From positions 64,294,001-64,358,000 of the forward strand of contig OX597822.1 of NCBI GenBank assembly GCA_951406725.2: a stretch of DNA of 64,000 nt, given 5' to 3'. The notes under the pieces were generated by a model, which was not told the DNA's origin, searched no databases, and was given only the letters and a program-made list of their open reading frames with translations. The translations under genes and the position numbers were made by a program. This DNA comes from Octopus vulgaris (taxonomy: Eukaryota). Numbering within the stretch: position 1 is the first letter of the stretch; the number at the start of each line of letters is the position of its first letter. This document shows positions 45,731-60,383 of the stretch, piece by piece.

Positions 45731-45962
45731 ATGCATATGTTTGTGTGTCTGTCTTTGCCCCCCCCCCCAGCATCGCTTGACAACCGATGCTGGCGTGTTT
45801 ACGCCCCCGTCACGTAGCGGTTCGGCAAGAGAGATCGGTAGAATAAGTACTAGGCTTACAACGAATAAGACCTGGAATCGATTTGTTCGACTAAAGGCGG
45901 TGCTCCAGCATGGCCGCAGTCAAATGACTTGAAACGAATAAAAGAATAAAAGAATAAAAGAA
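45532..45962 (+). mobile_element. SINE-A, full length
   Basis: Family match. Confidence 0.9.
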
Positions 45963-46665
45963 TAGTCCAACCTACACAAATTAATGTGTGAAAAGCAAAA
46001 CAGGAATTTTGAAAGAAGTTTCTATAAAGCATCGAATGGCCATGTGGGGGCCACCAGAATAGATAAGGAGGTCCATAGATAAAAAAGATGACTGAGAATC
46101 CTTGGTCGAGAGCCTTGTCACCACATGTCTCATTGATTCGCCATGAGAATTGCGTTAAATATACACGTGACTGTGGAATACACAGACGTAAGCATGTTAA
46201 TTTTACAAGTAAGACTTCAATGTTATGAACGACTGAAGACTCATCGACGACATCGACGGAGGACCCACCATGTATTTGCAGGTGTGAGTTGGTATATGTT
46301 TCTGCGTGAGTATGTATGCGAATGTGTGTGTACGTGTGTGCATGTATGTAGGTATGTGTGTGTCTATGTATGTATGTATGTATGTATGTATGTATGTATG
46401 TATGTATGTGTGTGCATGTATGTGTGTATGTATGTATGTGTGTATGTGTGCGTGCATGTATGTATGTATGTGATGTATGTATGTATGTATGTGTGCATGT
46501 GTATGTATGTATGTATGTATGTATGTATGTATGTATGTATGTGTGTGCACGTATGTGTTTATGTGTGTATGTATGTGTGTGCACGTATGTGTGTATGTGT
46601 GTATATATGTATGTATGTGTGTATGTGTGCGTGCATGTATGTAGTATGTATGTGTGTGTGTGTGC

Positions 46666-46698
<33 letters not shown>

Positions 46699-46971
46699 TG
46701 TATGTATGTATGTATGTATGTGTGTATGTATGTACGTATGTATGTATGTGTGCATATATGTATGTGTGTGTATGTATGTGTGTATTGTGTGCGCATGTAT
46801 GTACGAAAGTATGTGTGTATGCATATATGTACGTGTGTGTGTGTATGTATTTGTGTATGTGTGTGTGCATGTATGTACGTATGTATGTGTGTACGTGCAT
46901 ATATGTATGTGTGTGTGCATGTATGTATGTATGTATGTATGTATGTATGTATGTATGTATGTATGTATGTA

Positions 46972-47007
<36 letters not shown>

Positions 47008-47254
47008 AGTGTGGGTGTGGCTCTTGGTTTTCGTGAATTCTCCGTAAGCAACAGACATGTTCCAATCACCATGAGTAAAAGAACATGGTTCCAGTGGCAG
47101 AATTAGAAATATCGAGAAAGATCAAATTAACGAAAATCGATAAATAAAAAGCGAAGTGAAAGGTAAGAGTTGATGAGGAAGGAGGTTAAAACAAATAAAA
47201 CAATAAAATGTCCAAAACCAAAAAACATAGATATATACACGTGTGTGTGTTTGG

Positions 47255-47299
<45 letters not shown>

Positions 47300-47454
47300 G
47301 GCTGTGTGGTAAGTAGCTTGCTTACCACCCACACGGTCTTGGGTTCAGTTCTACTGCATGGCACCTTGGGCAAGTGTCTTCTACTATAGCCACGGGCCGA
47401 CCAAAGCATTGTGAGTGGATTTGGCAAACGGAAACTGAAAGAAACCCCTCGAAT

Positions 47455-47516
<62 letters not shown>

Positions 47517-47521
47517 GTCTA

Positions 47522-47670
47522 TTCCTTTTTTTCTTTTTTTTTTCTTTTTTCCCTTTTACGATCCCTTTTGATCGAAAACCTACGCCACCTTTTGTTTTCT
47601 CCCCCAAAAGAAAAGCTCTACCTTGTAACTTGTCCCATCTGTGTGCAGCCCTGTGTGGCCAATAAAGAAA
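47522..47670 (+). mobile_element. 5'-truncated 3' UTR of a Tx1-like element inside (TATC)n
   Basis: Ends TGTCCCATCTGTGTGCAGCCCTGTGTGGCCAATAAAGAAA; homologous in inverted orientation to 58392-58490. Confidence 0.65.
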
Positions 47671-47671
47671 C

Positions 47672-47763
<92 letters not shown>

Positions 47764-47764
47764 A

Positions 47765-47869
<105 letters not shown>

Positions 47870-47916
47870 GTCTGTCTGTCTATCTATATGTCTGTCTGTC
47901 TGTCTGTCTGTCTTTC

Positions 47917-47990
<74 letters not shown>

Positions 47991-47991
<1 letters not shown>

Positions 47992-48161
47992 CGGAAATCG
48001 CGATACACATATTTTTTTGAGCTGAGTGGGGGATGCTAGATTCCCTTGTTCGAAAACATAAAGACACAGATCGTGTCGTATAGCCAGATTGAGACGATGT
48101 CTCCTGGAGCTAAATTACAGCAACATTCGTCCTAAACCAGGACTGCCATTTTATGTTGGCA
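47991..48161 (+). repeat. Direct repeat of 51612-51784 (Penelope-like, starts mid-hammerhead)
   Basis: CCGGAAATCGCGATACACA...CCTAAACCAGGACTGCCAT shared. Confidence 0.8.
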
Positions 48162-48719
48162 AGCAATCTTTACTACAATGTACTGTTGCTGAATATCTCT
48201 CCTTGTAAGAAAGAACTCTGTTCTTACAACAACCATAGGTCATGAGTTAAACAGGGTGATGTGTTCGGCCTACCATTTTCTAGCTCTCTATTTTTATACT
48301 TCAGACACTGAATGTATGTTCATTTTGATATATATTACTCCAAAATTAGGGTGAAACTTGAGATGTGTTTTACTCAGTTAAATGGCAATCGCCCTAAAAT
48401 TTTGATTTTATGTTTAGTTAGTAAATAGTTTCGCTCATTAGGTCCAATTCTAGAAAACGTATGATGTCTAACACAATAGAAACCTAAACAAGATATTCTT
48501 TGTTTGTAAAGTTACGCCTCTAATGGTATTGAATTCAAATCCATCCCAACCGCGCTTTTTCTTCTCGCCATTTTGTGTGTGTGTGTGTGTAGCGCATTAC
48601 TTAGAATTCCCAGTGCCGAAAACAAATGATTTTTATTTTAGTTTTGTTTTTGATTTTTGTTTGAATTTTATTTCTCGTCACTGACACCAGCACCTCCATC
48701 ACTACAACTACCACACCAG

Positions 48720-50120
<1,401 letters not shown>

Positions 50121-50438
50121 TTTACCTTAATTCTTAATCCTTCACATTACTATTCTTCGTTTTACCATTCTCTTTCGCTTGTATTGTTTTCATTCTCTCT
50201 GTTTATATTATTTGTTTGTATTGTGTGTAGTTTGTGTTTATTATGTAATTTTTTTTTAGAAGTCGCCTCTTGTTTGTTTATTTGCATTAAATTTTGTTGT
50301 TATACTTCTTGTTTCGTTGTCTGCGTTCATCTCTTGTTTTTTTGTTTTGTATTTGCCTTTGATTTATGTTGTTTGTGCGTTTGTGTTGATGTATTTATCG
50401 TTTACATTGTTTCCCATTGTACATTATTATGTAGCCTT

Positions 50439-50520
<82 letters not shown>

Positions 50521-50692
50521 GGGTAGTTAGGTAGGTAGCTACGTACGTAAGTAGGTAGGTAGAGAGATAGATAGATGGATGGATGGATGGATAGATGGCT
50601 AGATAGATGGGTAGGTAGGTAGATGTCTAGGTAGATAGATAGATAGAGAGACAGGCAGACAGAAAGAAAGAAATATAGATAGATAGATAGAC

Positions 50693-50750
<58 letters not shown>

Positions 50751-51025
50751 TGTATATCGTTGCTATTATGCAAGAGTGTCGTAAATCCAAAACGTTGCTT
50801 TTTGAGCAAACGAAAAAATAGTTTCACCATTCCATAGCAAAACCGTTGTACTACACTTTGACAATTTTTGATATCTTGGCATCTGAAGCAGCTGGAGATA
50901 CAATAGTGTGACCAAAAGAACCGGCTATTACAAGCAAAAATAAATAATGAAAAAGAAGAAACGCATTTGGTCAAATTTGAACATACGGCAGTTTAACGTA
51001 ATAGTAACGATATATATATATATAT

Positions 51026-51405
51026 ATTGAGCAGAGTGATGGGCCTAAAGTTATCTATAATGTCCCCCTTGTTTGGATCTTTCTTCAGCAGCGTTACATC
51101 TCCTCGACTCACAAAGCCGGGTATGCTCCTGTTTTGCTGCCAGTTGCAGTATACCGCTGCCAAGACGTCTCAAAACAGGTCTGGCATACAATTGTAAAAC
51201 TCGTAGGGCAGACCATCCAGCCCCGGCGATGTGTCACTCGAGCATCCTGCCATCGCGTCCCTCACTTCCGCTGCCGTGATGGTACCTTCGCAGCACTCTG
51301 CCTCTCCTGCCGAGAGTTGTGGCAGGCTGTGCAGGTAGACACTGAAGTTCACCCTGCGTTCACGCTCGCCACTCGTCCTGTACAGTCGGACAAAATGCCG
51401 CTGAA
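51026..51405 (-). pseudogene. L1/Tx1-type ORF2 fragment (pre-RT and RT domain start)
   Basis: EGTITAAEVRDAM..SPGLDGLPYEFY..DLF*DVLAAVY..VTLLKKDPNKGDIIDNFRPITLLN; one in-frame stop. Confidence 0.85.
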
Positions 51406-51784
51406 ATTTCCCTTCATCAACACAGAATAATTGTTCGGCTAGAGGTGGTGCTGCCAAATTCCCATTCGAAATATATAGTTTTCAAAGTGACAACTAGTCA
51501 CTGAACTATAAATTAAAAAATTACTATTTGTATACAAGTATATTTCGAACAGGAATTTGGCAGCGCCACCTCTAGCCGAACAATTATTCTGTGCTGATGA
51601 AGGGAAATAACCCGGAAATCGCGATACACAGATATTGTTTTGAGTTTAGTGGAGGTGCTAGATTCCCTTGTTCGAAAATATAAGGACACAGATCGTGTCG
51701 TATAGGCAGCTGGAGACGATGTTTCCTGGAGCTAAATTACAGCAACATTCGTCCTAAACCAGGACTGCCATGTTATGTTGGCAA
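51406..51784. mobile_element. Penelope-like inverted pLTR structure: 70-bp arms 51406-51475 / 51539-51608
   Basis: Arms differ at about 4 positions; right arm runs into the hammerhead. Confidence 0.65.
51588..51632 (+). ncRNA. Minimal type I hammerhead ribozyme motif
   Basis: TCTGTG-CTGATGA-A-GGG-AAATAA-CCC-G-GAAA-TCGCGA-TA-CACAGA. Confidence 0.65.
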
Positions 51785-51916
51785 CTGATCTTCACTTCAG
51801 AGTTCTTTCTGTTGTAAAAATTCGGGACCGAGTTCCGGCTGCTTTTTTACTTACACATTAAATCTTACGGACAGTAAGATATAAAATTTCAAAGTAGTGG
51901 TATTATAAGTATTAGT

Positions 51917-52555
51917 AAGGTGGCGAGCTGGCAGAATCGTTAGGACGCTGGACGAAATGCTTAGCGGTATTTCGTCTGTCTTTACGTTGTTAGTTCAAAT
52001 TTCGCCGAGGTCGACTTTGCCTTTCATCATTCGGGGTCGATAAATTAAGTACCACTTACGCACTGGGGTCGATGTTATCGACTTAATCCCTTTATCTGTC
52101 CTTGTTTGTCCCCTCTGTGTTTAGCCCCTTGTGAGTAATAAAGAAATATATTTAAGGCGGCGAGCTAGCAGTATCGTTAGCACGCCGGGCGAAATGCTCA
52201 GCGGTATTTCGTCTGCCGTTACCTTCTGAGTTCAAATTCCGCCGAGGTCGACTTTGCCTTTAATCCTTTCGGGGTCGATAAATTAAGTACCAGTTACGCA
52301 CTGGGGTCGATATAATCGACTTAATCCGTTTGTCTGTCCTTGTTTGTCTCCTCTGTGTTTAGCCCCTTGTGGGTAGTAAAGAAATAGGTATTTCGCCAGT
52401 CGCTATGTTCTGAGTTCAAATTCCGTCGAGGTCGAACTTGCCTTTTATTCTTTCGGGGTCGATAAAATAAGTACCAGTTGAAGAATTGGGGCCGATGTAA
52501 TCGACTCGTCTCCATCTCCCTCAAGCTGCTCTTATGGCAAACATTTGAAATAATC
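51917..52555 (+). mobile_element. SINE-B array (3 cores)
   Basis: Two Tx1-tailed copies; junction GAAATA|GGTATTTCG at about 52387. Confidence 0.9.
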
Positions 52556-52826
52556 ATTTGTATTAGTTTGTGTGGGGAAAAGGCACTGCCATGGCCTTTC
52601 CTGACTAACATAAAATGCATAATTAATTTTAGTGTCACGCATATGCAAATTAAGGTGCGCATGTTCAGTGCAGAAAGCATCAATGTATTCAGGTGAAAGT
52701 TATCAAGGTGTTTAATGCGATGTGTACTTAAGTTAAAGTAGTGCCAATAAATTAATCTAAATATATACATACACACACACATACACACACACGTACACAC
52801 ACATATATGTGGTGTGTGTGAAGATG

Positions 52827-53548
52827 TGAAGGCGCGTGGCTTAGCGGTTAACGTATTCGGCTCACGATTGTAAGGTATTGATCATATAGGCGCAGGAGTG
52901 GCTGTGTGGTAAGTATCTTGCTTACCAACCACATGGTTCCGGGTTCAGTCCCATTGCGTGGTGCCTTGGGCAAGAGTCTTCTACTGTAGCCTCGAGCTAA
53001 CCAAAGCCTTGTGAGTAGATTTGGTAGACGGAAACTGAAAGAAGCCCGTCGTATATATGTATATATATATATATATATATATCTGTGTGTATATGTTTGT
53101 GTGTCTGTGTCCCCCCCCCACCACACCATCGCTTGTTCGGCAAAAAGAGACTGATAGAATAAGTACTAGGCATACAAAGAATAAGTCCTGGGGTCGATTT
53201 GCTCGACTAGAGGCGGTGCTCCAGTATGGCTGCAGTGAAATGACTGAAACATGTAAAAAAGAGTAAAAAACGTACTGAGTTCAATTCAAGGAGACCCGTT
53301 GTGTTTTTGAGCAAGGAACTTTATTTCATGTTGCTTCAGTCCACTCAGTAGTGAAAGACGAGTTGTACCTGGAATTCAAAGGGTCAACCTTGTCCCATTC
53401 CGTGTCACGCCGAATCTCCCTGAGAACTACGTTAATGCTACGGCATGTCTGTGGAATACTCAACCACTTGCACGTCAATTTCACGAGCAGGATGTTCAAT
53501 TGATCGGATCAACTTCAAAACCTTGTCATCGTAACCGACGGAGTGCCA
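52827..53548 (+). mobile_element. SINE-C-type copy split by a full SINE-A (52886-53268)
   Basis: Head 52827-52880 resumes at about 53270 with the B-box and ends GTAACCGACGGAGTGCC. Confidence 0.8.
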
Positions 53549-53571
53549 GTTATATATATATATGTATATAT

Positions 53572-53608
<37 letters not shown>

Positions 53609-53695
53609 TCAATCCAAACAAGGGCAAGCAAGAAAAAAACAACTCGAGGACATGGTACAAGACATGGTGGGATGCATTTCCACGTAGGACAAAAT

Positions 53696-53817
53696 ATAGG
53701 TAAATTTGTTGTTGAGAATACACCTAAATTTGAAAAAACTTGTAATTGTTTAAAATAAATCTGCTTTTCGCAATTACAAGTTTTTCAAATTTATGTGTAT
53801 TTTCAACAACAAATATG

Positions 53818-53822
<5 letters not shown>
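53696..53822. repeat. Inverted repeat, ~52-bp arms
   Basis: ATAGG.A.ATTTGTTGTTGA.AATACAC.TAAATTTGAAAAA.CTTGTAATTG and its reverse complement. Confidence 0.8.
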
Positions 53823-53856
<34 letters not shown>

Positions 53857-54090
53857 CCTGTGGAACGATCGCATGACGAACCTACGGACGAGGGATTACG
53901 AAAGTGATTCATTAGTTAATAGGCGAAATCGCCGGTCTGCGATAATTCTTGTTTTTATATAATTTTCATCTGTCTTGCCGCATATTGTTATGGTGTACTT
54001 TTCCTCTAGAGAACATTCTTTTCTTTGTAGTTTGATCGTTATGATCTACTTCTAGCATACGGCTGACCACTTATTGGTTTTTTAGCCCTT

Positions 54091-54169
<79 letters not shown>

Positions 54170-54239
54170 CTTCAATTTCGGTGCATTTATATATACATTT
54201 GATTGTGTATGTGTGTATATACCCATGCATGCATGCATT

Positions 54240-54448
54240 CTATTCTAGGCACAAGACTGAAATTTTTGGGGAGTGGGACCAGTCGATTAGATCGACCCCA
54301 GTACGCAACTGGTACTTAATTTATCTACCCCGAAAGGAGTGAAAAGCAAAGTCGACCTCGGCGGAATTTGCACGTAGAACGTAACAGCAGACAAAATACC
54401 GCTAAGCTTTTCGCCCGGTGTACTAACGATTCTGCCAGATCACCGCTT
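54240..54448 (-). mobile_element. SINE-B
   Basis: Family match. Confidence 0.85.
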
Positions 54449-54557
54449 TACGGAAACTGGTGTATTGAAATGCTGCTGACATTAGAAGTAGTGTACATGA
54501 ATAAGTATTAACAGCCACACACTGTGTCACGCTGAATCTTCCCGAGAACTACTAGTC

Positions 54558-55195
54558 GTAGGAGTGGTTGTGTGGTAAGTAGCTTGCCTAAGGCGGCGAG
54601 CTGGCAGAACCGTTAGCACTCCGGGCGAAATGCTTAGCAGTATTTCATTTGCCGCTACGTTCTGAGTTCAAATTCCGCCGATGTCGACTTTGATTTTCCT
54701 CTTTCGGGGTCGATTAAATAAGTACCAGTTACGTCGATGTAATCCGTTTGTCTGTCCTTGTTTGTCCTCTCTGTGTTTAGCCCCTTGTGGGTAGTAAAGA
54801 AATAGATAAGTAGCTTGCTTACCAACCACATGGTTCCGAGTTCAGTCCCACTGCGTGGAACCTTGGGCAAGTGTCTTCTACTATAGTCTCGGGCCGACCA
54901 AAGCCTTTTGAGTGGATTTGGTGAAAGGAAACTGAAAGAAGCCCGTTGTATATATGTATATATACATATATGTATGTGTCTGTATATGTTTGTGTGTCTG
55001 TGTTTGCTCCGCACCAACATCCCTTGACAACCGATGCTTGTGTGTTTAAGTCCCCGTAACTTAAGCGGTTCGGCAAAAGGAGCCCGGTAGAATACCTACT
55101 AGTCTTACAAACATAAGTCCTGGGGGTCGATTTGCTCGACTAAAAGTGGTGCTCCAGCATGGTCGCAGTCAAATGACTGAGACAAGTAAAAGAGT
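54558..55195 (+). mobile_element. SINE-A interrupted in its head by a SINE-B copy
   Basis: TSD TAAGTAGCTTGC(C/T)TA at 54576-54590 / 54807-54821. Confidence 0.9.
54591..54806 (+). mobile_element. Tx1-tailed SINE-B inserted in the SINE-A head
   Basis: Complete head AGGCGGCGAGCTGG to tail GGGTAGTAAAGAAATAGA between TSDs. Confidence 0.9.
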
Positions 55196-55457
55196 CAAAT
55201 AAGTATATTTCAACAAACACTGACATGTTAAAATATGTCTGTCTTAAAACGCACATGGTATACATATCACCCACTCAAATCCAGTGTGTTTAAACATGAT
55301 CGTACGTATATTTTAACGCATAGAAGTTCAAATAAGTGTATTTATATAAATACAAAATGACATACATGTACACACACACACACATAATGAATACCCACAT
55401 TAAGCCAAACAGACACACTCACACCACACACACAGACACACACACTACACACACACA

Positions 55458-55538
<81 letters not shown>

Positions 55539-55629
55539 GCATGATAGCTAAACAAACTGTATTAATACGAACACAAACACAGAAACAAAAGATTTTTTCT
55601 TGTGCCGTTCCATGATTTGCTGTTTGATG

Positions 55630-56170
55630 TTTACTCTTTACTCTCTTACTTGTTTCAGTCAGTTGACCTGTGGCCATGCTGGAGCACTGCCTTTAGTCGA
55701 GCATATCGACCCCCAAGACTTATTCTTTATAAGCTTTATAAGCCTAGTACTTATTTTATCGGTCTCTTTTTGCCGAACCGCTAAGTTACGGGGACGTAAA
55801 CACACCAACATCGGTTGTCAAGCGCGATGGTGAGGGGACAAACACAGACACCACCGCAAACATATACAATACTGCCCTTATACTCAATAATACTGCCCTC
55901 CAGTTTTCTGGACTGGTTACTAGATCTCTATCTCATTTTCTCATTCATCTGTCGTCCCATAACGGCGACCTATCCAGGGTTGGTTTCAAATTTAGAACCA
56001 CAATAACATACCGCAGCCATGCTGTCCCCCCCCCCCCCCAACATCGTTTGACAAACGATGCTGGTGTGTGTTTACGTTTCTGTAACTTAGCGTTTCGGCA
56101 AAAGATACCGATAGAATAAGTACTAGGCTTACAAAGAGTAAGTCGTGGGGTCGATTCGCTCGACTAAAGT
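55630..56170. mobile_element. Two divergently oriented SINE-A 3' halves
   Basis: 55630-55865 minus; 56020-56170 plus. Confidence 0.75.
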
Positions 56171-56400
56171 AAAGAAATCCACCATCAAAGACGCATATTA
56201 CAAATGCAATGTGTGAGCGAAAACAAGGTGCACTCCTCTCAGTTTCAAACTGTGATATTGTTTTGCTATTTGCAAACTTTTTTTGTTTATATCTGTTACA
56301 GAAACGGTGGTGCATCAGCATGGCCGCAGCTCTGAGCTGAAACAACAGAACTAAATAAAAAAAGATATCAGATATCTGAAAATAGATCGCGCACACCATT

Positions 56401-56526
<126 letters not shown>

Positions 56527-56614
56527 CAAACTCGCACACAGATACACACACACACCCATTCATACATACACGCAAACATATATATATATATATGTATATC
56601 TATCTATCTATCTA

Positions 56615-56681
<67 letters not shown>

Positions 56682-57281
56682 ATACCAACACACATCAGAC
56701 TCGCACATACATACACAGACACCCATTCATACATACATGCAAACATATATATATATGTATATCTATCTATCTATCTATCTATCTCTTTCTCTCTCTCTCT
56801 ATCTATCTATCTATATACCAACATATTCGCACACACACGTACACGCACATACACGCGTACATACATACATATATACATACATACACACACACACACACAC
56901 AAATATATATATAATATATATATATATTTGTATACACGCATATATATACACACACATATATATATACACACACATATGAATATATAATTTATATAGCTAT
57001 ACATATAAATACCTGCACATTTATATTTGTGTGTTTGGGTATAATTTAGATCTACATATATCTTTAAGTGAGTAGGCTATACTTGCCGATGAGGTCTAAT
57101 AGATTGAAACATGCTCTAATTGTGTTCATTTTCTTTTGAGAGTCACTAAAAATTGTCGATAGATTTATCCCTTTTACCTCTAATTAAGACACGTAATTCA
57201 ATTAAACAAGGGTCCTTTTGAGTAAGGTATTTAGTACATTTTCACTTTAGTGTGTAATCTATCTATCTATCTATCTATCTG

Positions 57282-57338
<57 letters not shown>

Positions 57339-57502
57339 TTATATCTATTTATCTATCACTCTATCGACGTACAAATTGGCACACATGCATACACGCACGC
57401 ACAGTCACTCGTATAGTTTAAACGATTAAAAGTTCAAAGATCAAAGCAGATCTGAAATAATCGAAAATGCACTTGAAATTATTATACACTGGCATCCCCC
57501 CA

Positions 57503-57535
<33 letters not shown>

Positions 57536-57666
57536 TATATATATATATATATCTTGGGATGCGTACATATGCATAATTATGTCTGTTTGTATATATGTAT
57601 AAAAAAGCATATATAAACATACATACATATATATACATATATATATACATATATATACATATATAC

Positions 57667-57735
<69 letters not shown>

Positions 57736-58290
57736 TATATGTAAGTATGTATACGTAAGAATGCATTATATCTATATACTTAGACACACATCACACACGA
57801 CGATGTACATACCCATAAACGCTATCTCCAAATTTGGCTTTGACATCTTTGACAGAACAGACATTCTTTCCTAAACGAATCCACATATTTCTTGTCATAA
57901 AAAGGGAATGTACCTTTATAAGAGTCACGTTTTGTACACTGAAAATAACAGAAACCGGTTTGGTGACATTTATTTGCTAATCCCGACGGATATAAACGAC
58001 AGGAAGTAAAGTGGCTCAGAATGGCTGTGATCAGCTCTTTTTACTATATAACAAAATACACTGGTGTGGTCGAAGGGGGAGGGATGTATATCGGTCTGTC
58101 TGTCTGTCTGTCTGTCTGTCTGTTTCTTTTTTCTGTCGCTCTCGCCCTCTCTCTCTCTGTCTCTTTCTGTCAATACATAAATGTGTGTGTATATCTGTGG
58201 ATATGTGCACATTAGAATGAAGTGCAAGTGTGTGCGAGGGTGTGAATGTATGTGTACATATATAGGCATAGAAACGTGTATGTATATCTA

Positions 58291-58354
<64 letters not shown>

Positions 58355-58391
58355 GCTATCTATCTATCTATCTATCATCTATCTATCTAAT

Positions 58392-58703
58392 CAGAGGGGA
58401 CAAATTACAAAGTAGAGCTTTTCTTTTTGGGGAGAAAAATAAAAGGGTGTGTAGGTTATCGATCAAAAGGGATCGTATAAAAAAAAAAAAACGATCACTT
58501 GGAATCGTGTATCACAGAAATGTCATGATGTAAAGTTTAAAAGGGGAGACAGATAAGGTTTATCCGTGGAAAGAAAAGCCTACGGAAAAGACCACGGTAA
58601 CCTCGGTCAATAATGTCATATGTTGACACATTTATTTGCAAGTAAGTAACTCTCTGTTTTAAATTTTCCCGCGTTCATTGGATTATGCTCAAGGTGGCTT
58701 CAG
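58392..58703 (-). mobile_element. Tx1-like 3' UTR fragment between TATC/GATA tracts
   Basis: Homologous to 47522-47640. Confidence 0.6.
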
Positions 58704-58792
<89 letters not shown>

Positions 58793-58882
58793 ATGATTGT
58801 CACATATTATTTTACTGATAAATTTCCTCTATTTACATAATATTGAGGACTCCTTCTTTCTTTTGTTATCTTACCGTTTTTA

Positions 58883-58920
<38 letters not shown>

Positions 58921-58924
<4 letters not shown>

Positions 58925-59056
58925 CTCATGTGTGGTAAGTAGCTTGGTTACCAACAACATGGTTCCGAGTTCAACCCCACTGTGTCGCACCTTGGGCAAG
59001 TATCTTCTACTACAGCCTCGGGCCGGTCAAAGCCTTGTAAGTGGATTTGGCAGACG
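58921..59056 (+). mobile_element. SINE-A 5' half
   Basis: Family match up to GGATTTGGCAGACG. Confidence 0.85.
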
Positions 59057-59690
59057 TCCGTCCGTCCGTCCGTCCGCCCGCCCGCCCGTCCGCCCGCCCG
59101 CCAACCGTCCGCCCGCCCGCCAACCGTCCGCCCGCCCGCCAACCGTCCGCCCGCCCGCCAACCGTCCGCCCGTCCGCCCGTTCGCCCGCCCGCCCGTTCG
59201 CCCGCTCGCCCGTCCGCCCGCCCGTTCGAACGCCCGCCCGTCCGCCCGCCCGTTCGCCCGCCCGTTCGTCCGCCCGTTCGCCCGCCCGTTCGCCCGCCCG
59301 CCCGCCTGCCCGCCCGCCCGCCCGTCCGCCCGCCCGCCCGCCCGTCCGCCCGTCCGCCCGCCCGCCCGTCCGCCCGTCCGCTCGTCCGCCCGCCCGCCCG
59401 CCCGTCCGCCCGTCCGCCCGCCCGTCCGCCCGCCCGTCCGCCCGTCCGCCCGCCCGTCCGCCCGTCCGTCCGCCCGTCCGCCCGCCCGTCCGTCCACCTG
59501 TCCGCTCGTCCGCCTACCTGCATCACTGGCTGGCTGTCCGGCTGGCTGGCCGGCTTCCTAGCTGCCCGGCTTCCTAGCTGCCCGGCTTCCTAGCTGCCCG
59601 GCTTCCTAGCTGCCCGGCTTCTTAGCTGCCCGGCTACCTAGCTGCCTGGCTGCCCGGCTGCCTGGCTGCCCGGCTGCCCGGCTGCTTGTC
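59055..59690. repeat. GC-rich (CCGY)n tetranucleotide repeat followed by 16-bp tandem GCTGCCCGGCTTCCTA
   Basis: Direct inspection. Confidence 0.95.
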
Positions 59691-59933
59691 AGAGCGCCTG
59701 TGCCGTTCTGCTGCTTGCAGTAAGTAAGCACTGCAGTAATTCTGTTCTGCTATATGCAGCAGGAACTCATCAAGTACTGCTGCAAGATTGTAAATTCTTT
59801 CAGGTTAGCGACATCAGATCCAGATGTTAAAGTACAACGGAATGTATTTGCTGTTTATCACCGATGTGCATGCATGCATCTTTCCATTCCATTCTCTCTT
59901 TGCTTGCTGTTTGTTGTTGTCACATAAAATAAC

Positions 59934-59968
<35 letters not shown>

Positions 59969-59979
59969 TAATAATAATA

Positions 59980-60012
<33 letters not shown>

Positions 60013-60244
60013 TTAAAAATCAGTTATCTTTTTTTAATCATCGTCATCGTCATCATCATCAACACCGCCACCATCACCGTCATTTTCGTCGTCGTCGTCG
60101 TCGTCGTCTTCATAGTATCATCGTCATCATTATCATTATTATCGTCATCGTCATCGTCATCATCATCATCACCACCACCACCATCAATGTCATCGCCGTC
60201 ATCAACGTCGTCATCGTCGTCATCATCGTCGTCATTATCATCAC

Positions 60245-60279
<35 letters not shown>

Positions 60280-60349
60280 CAACCACCACCACCACCACCA
60301 CCACCACATTATTGTTGTTGTTATCGCTGTTGTCTTCGTTATCATCGTC

Positions 60350-60383
<34 letters not shown>

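Noticed and set aside
45351-46105. Possible hAT MITE (CAGTGGCTCTCAA...TGAGAATCCTTG) split by SINE-A
   Set aside because: TIR match weak and no 8-bp TSD verified.
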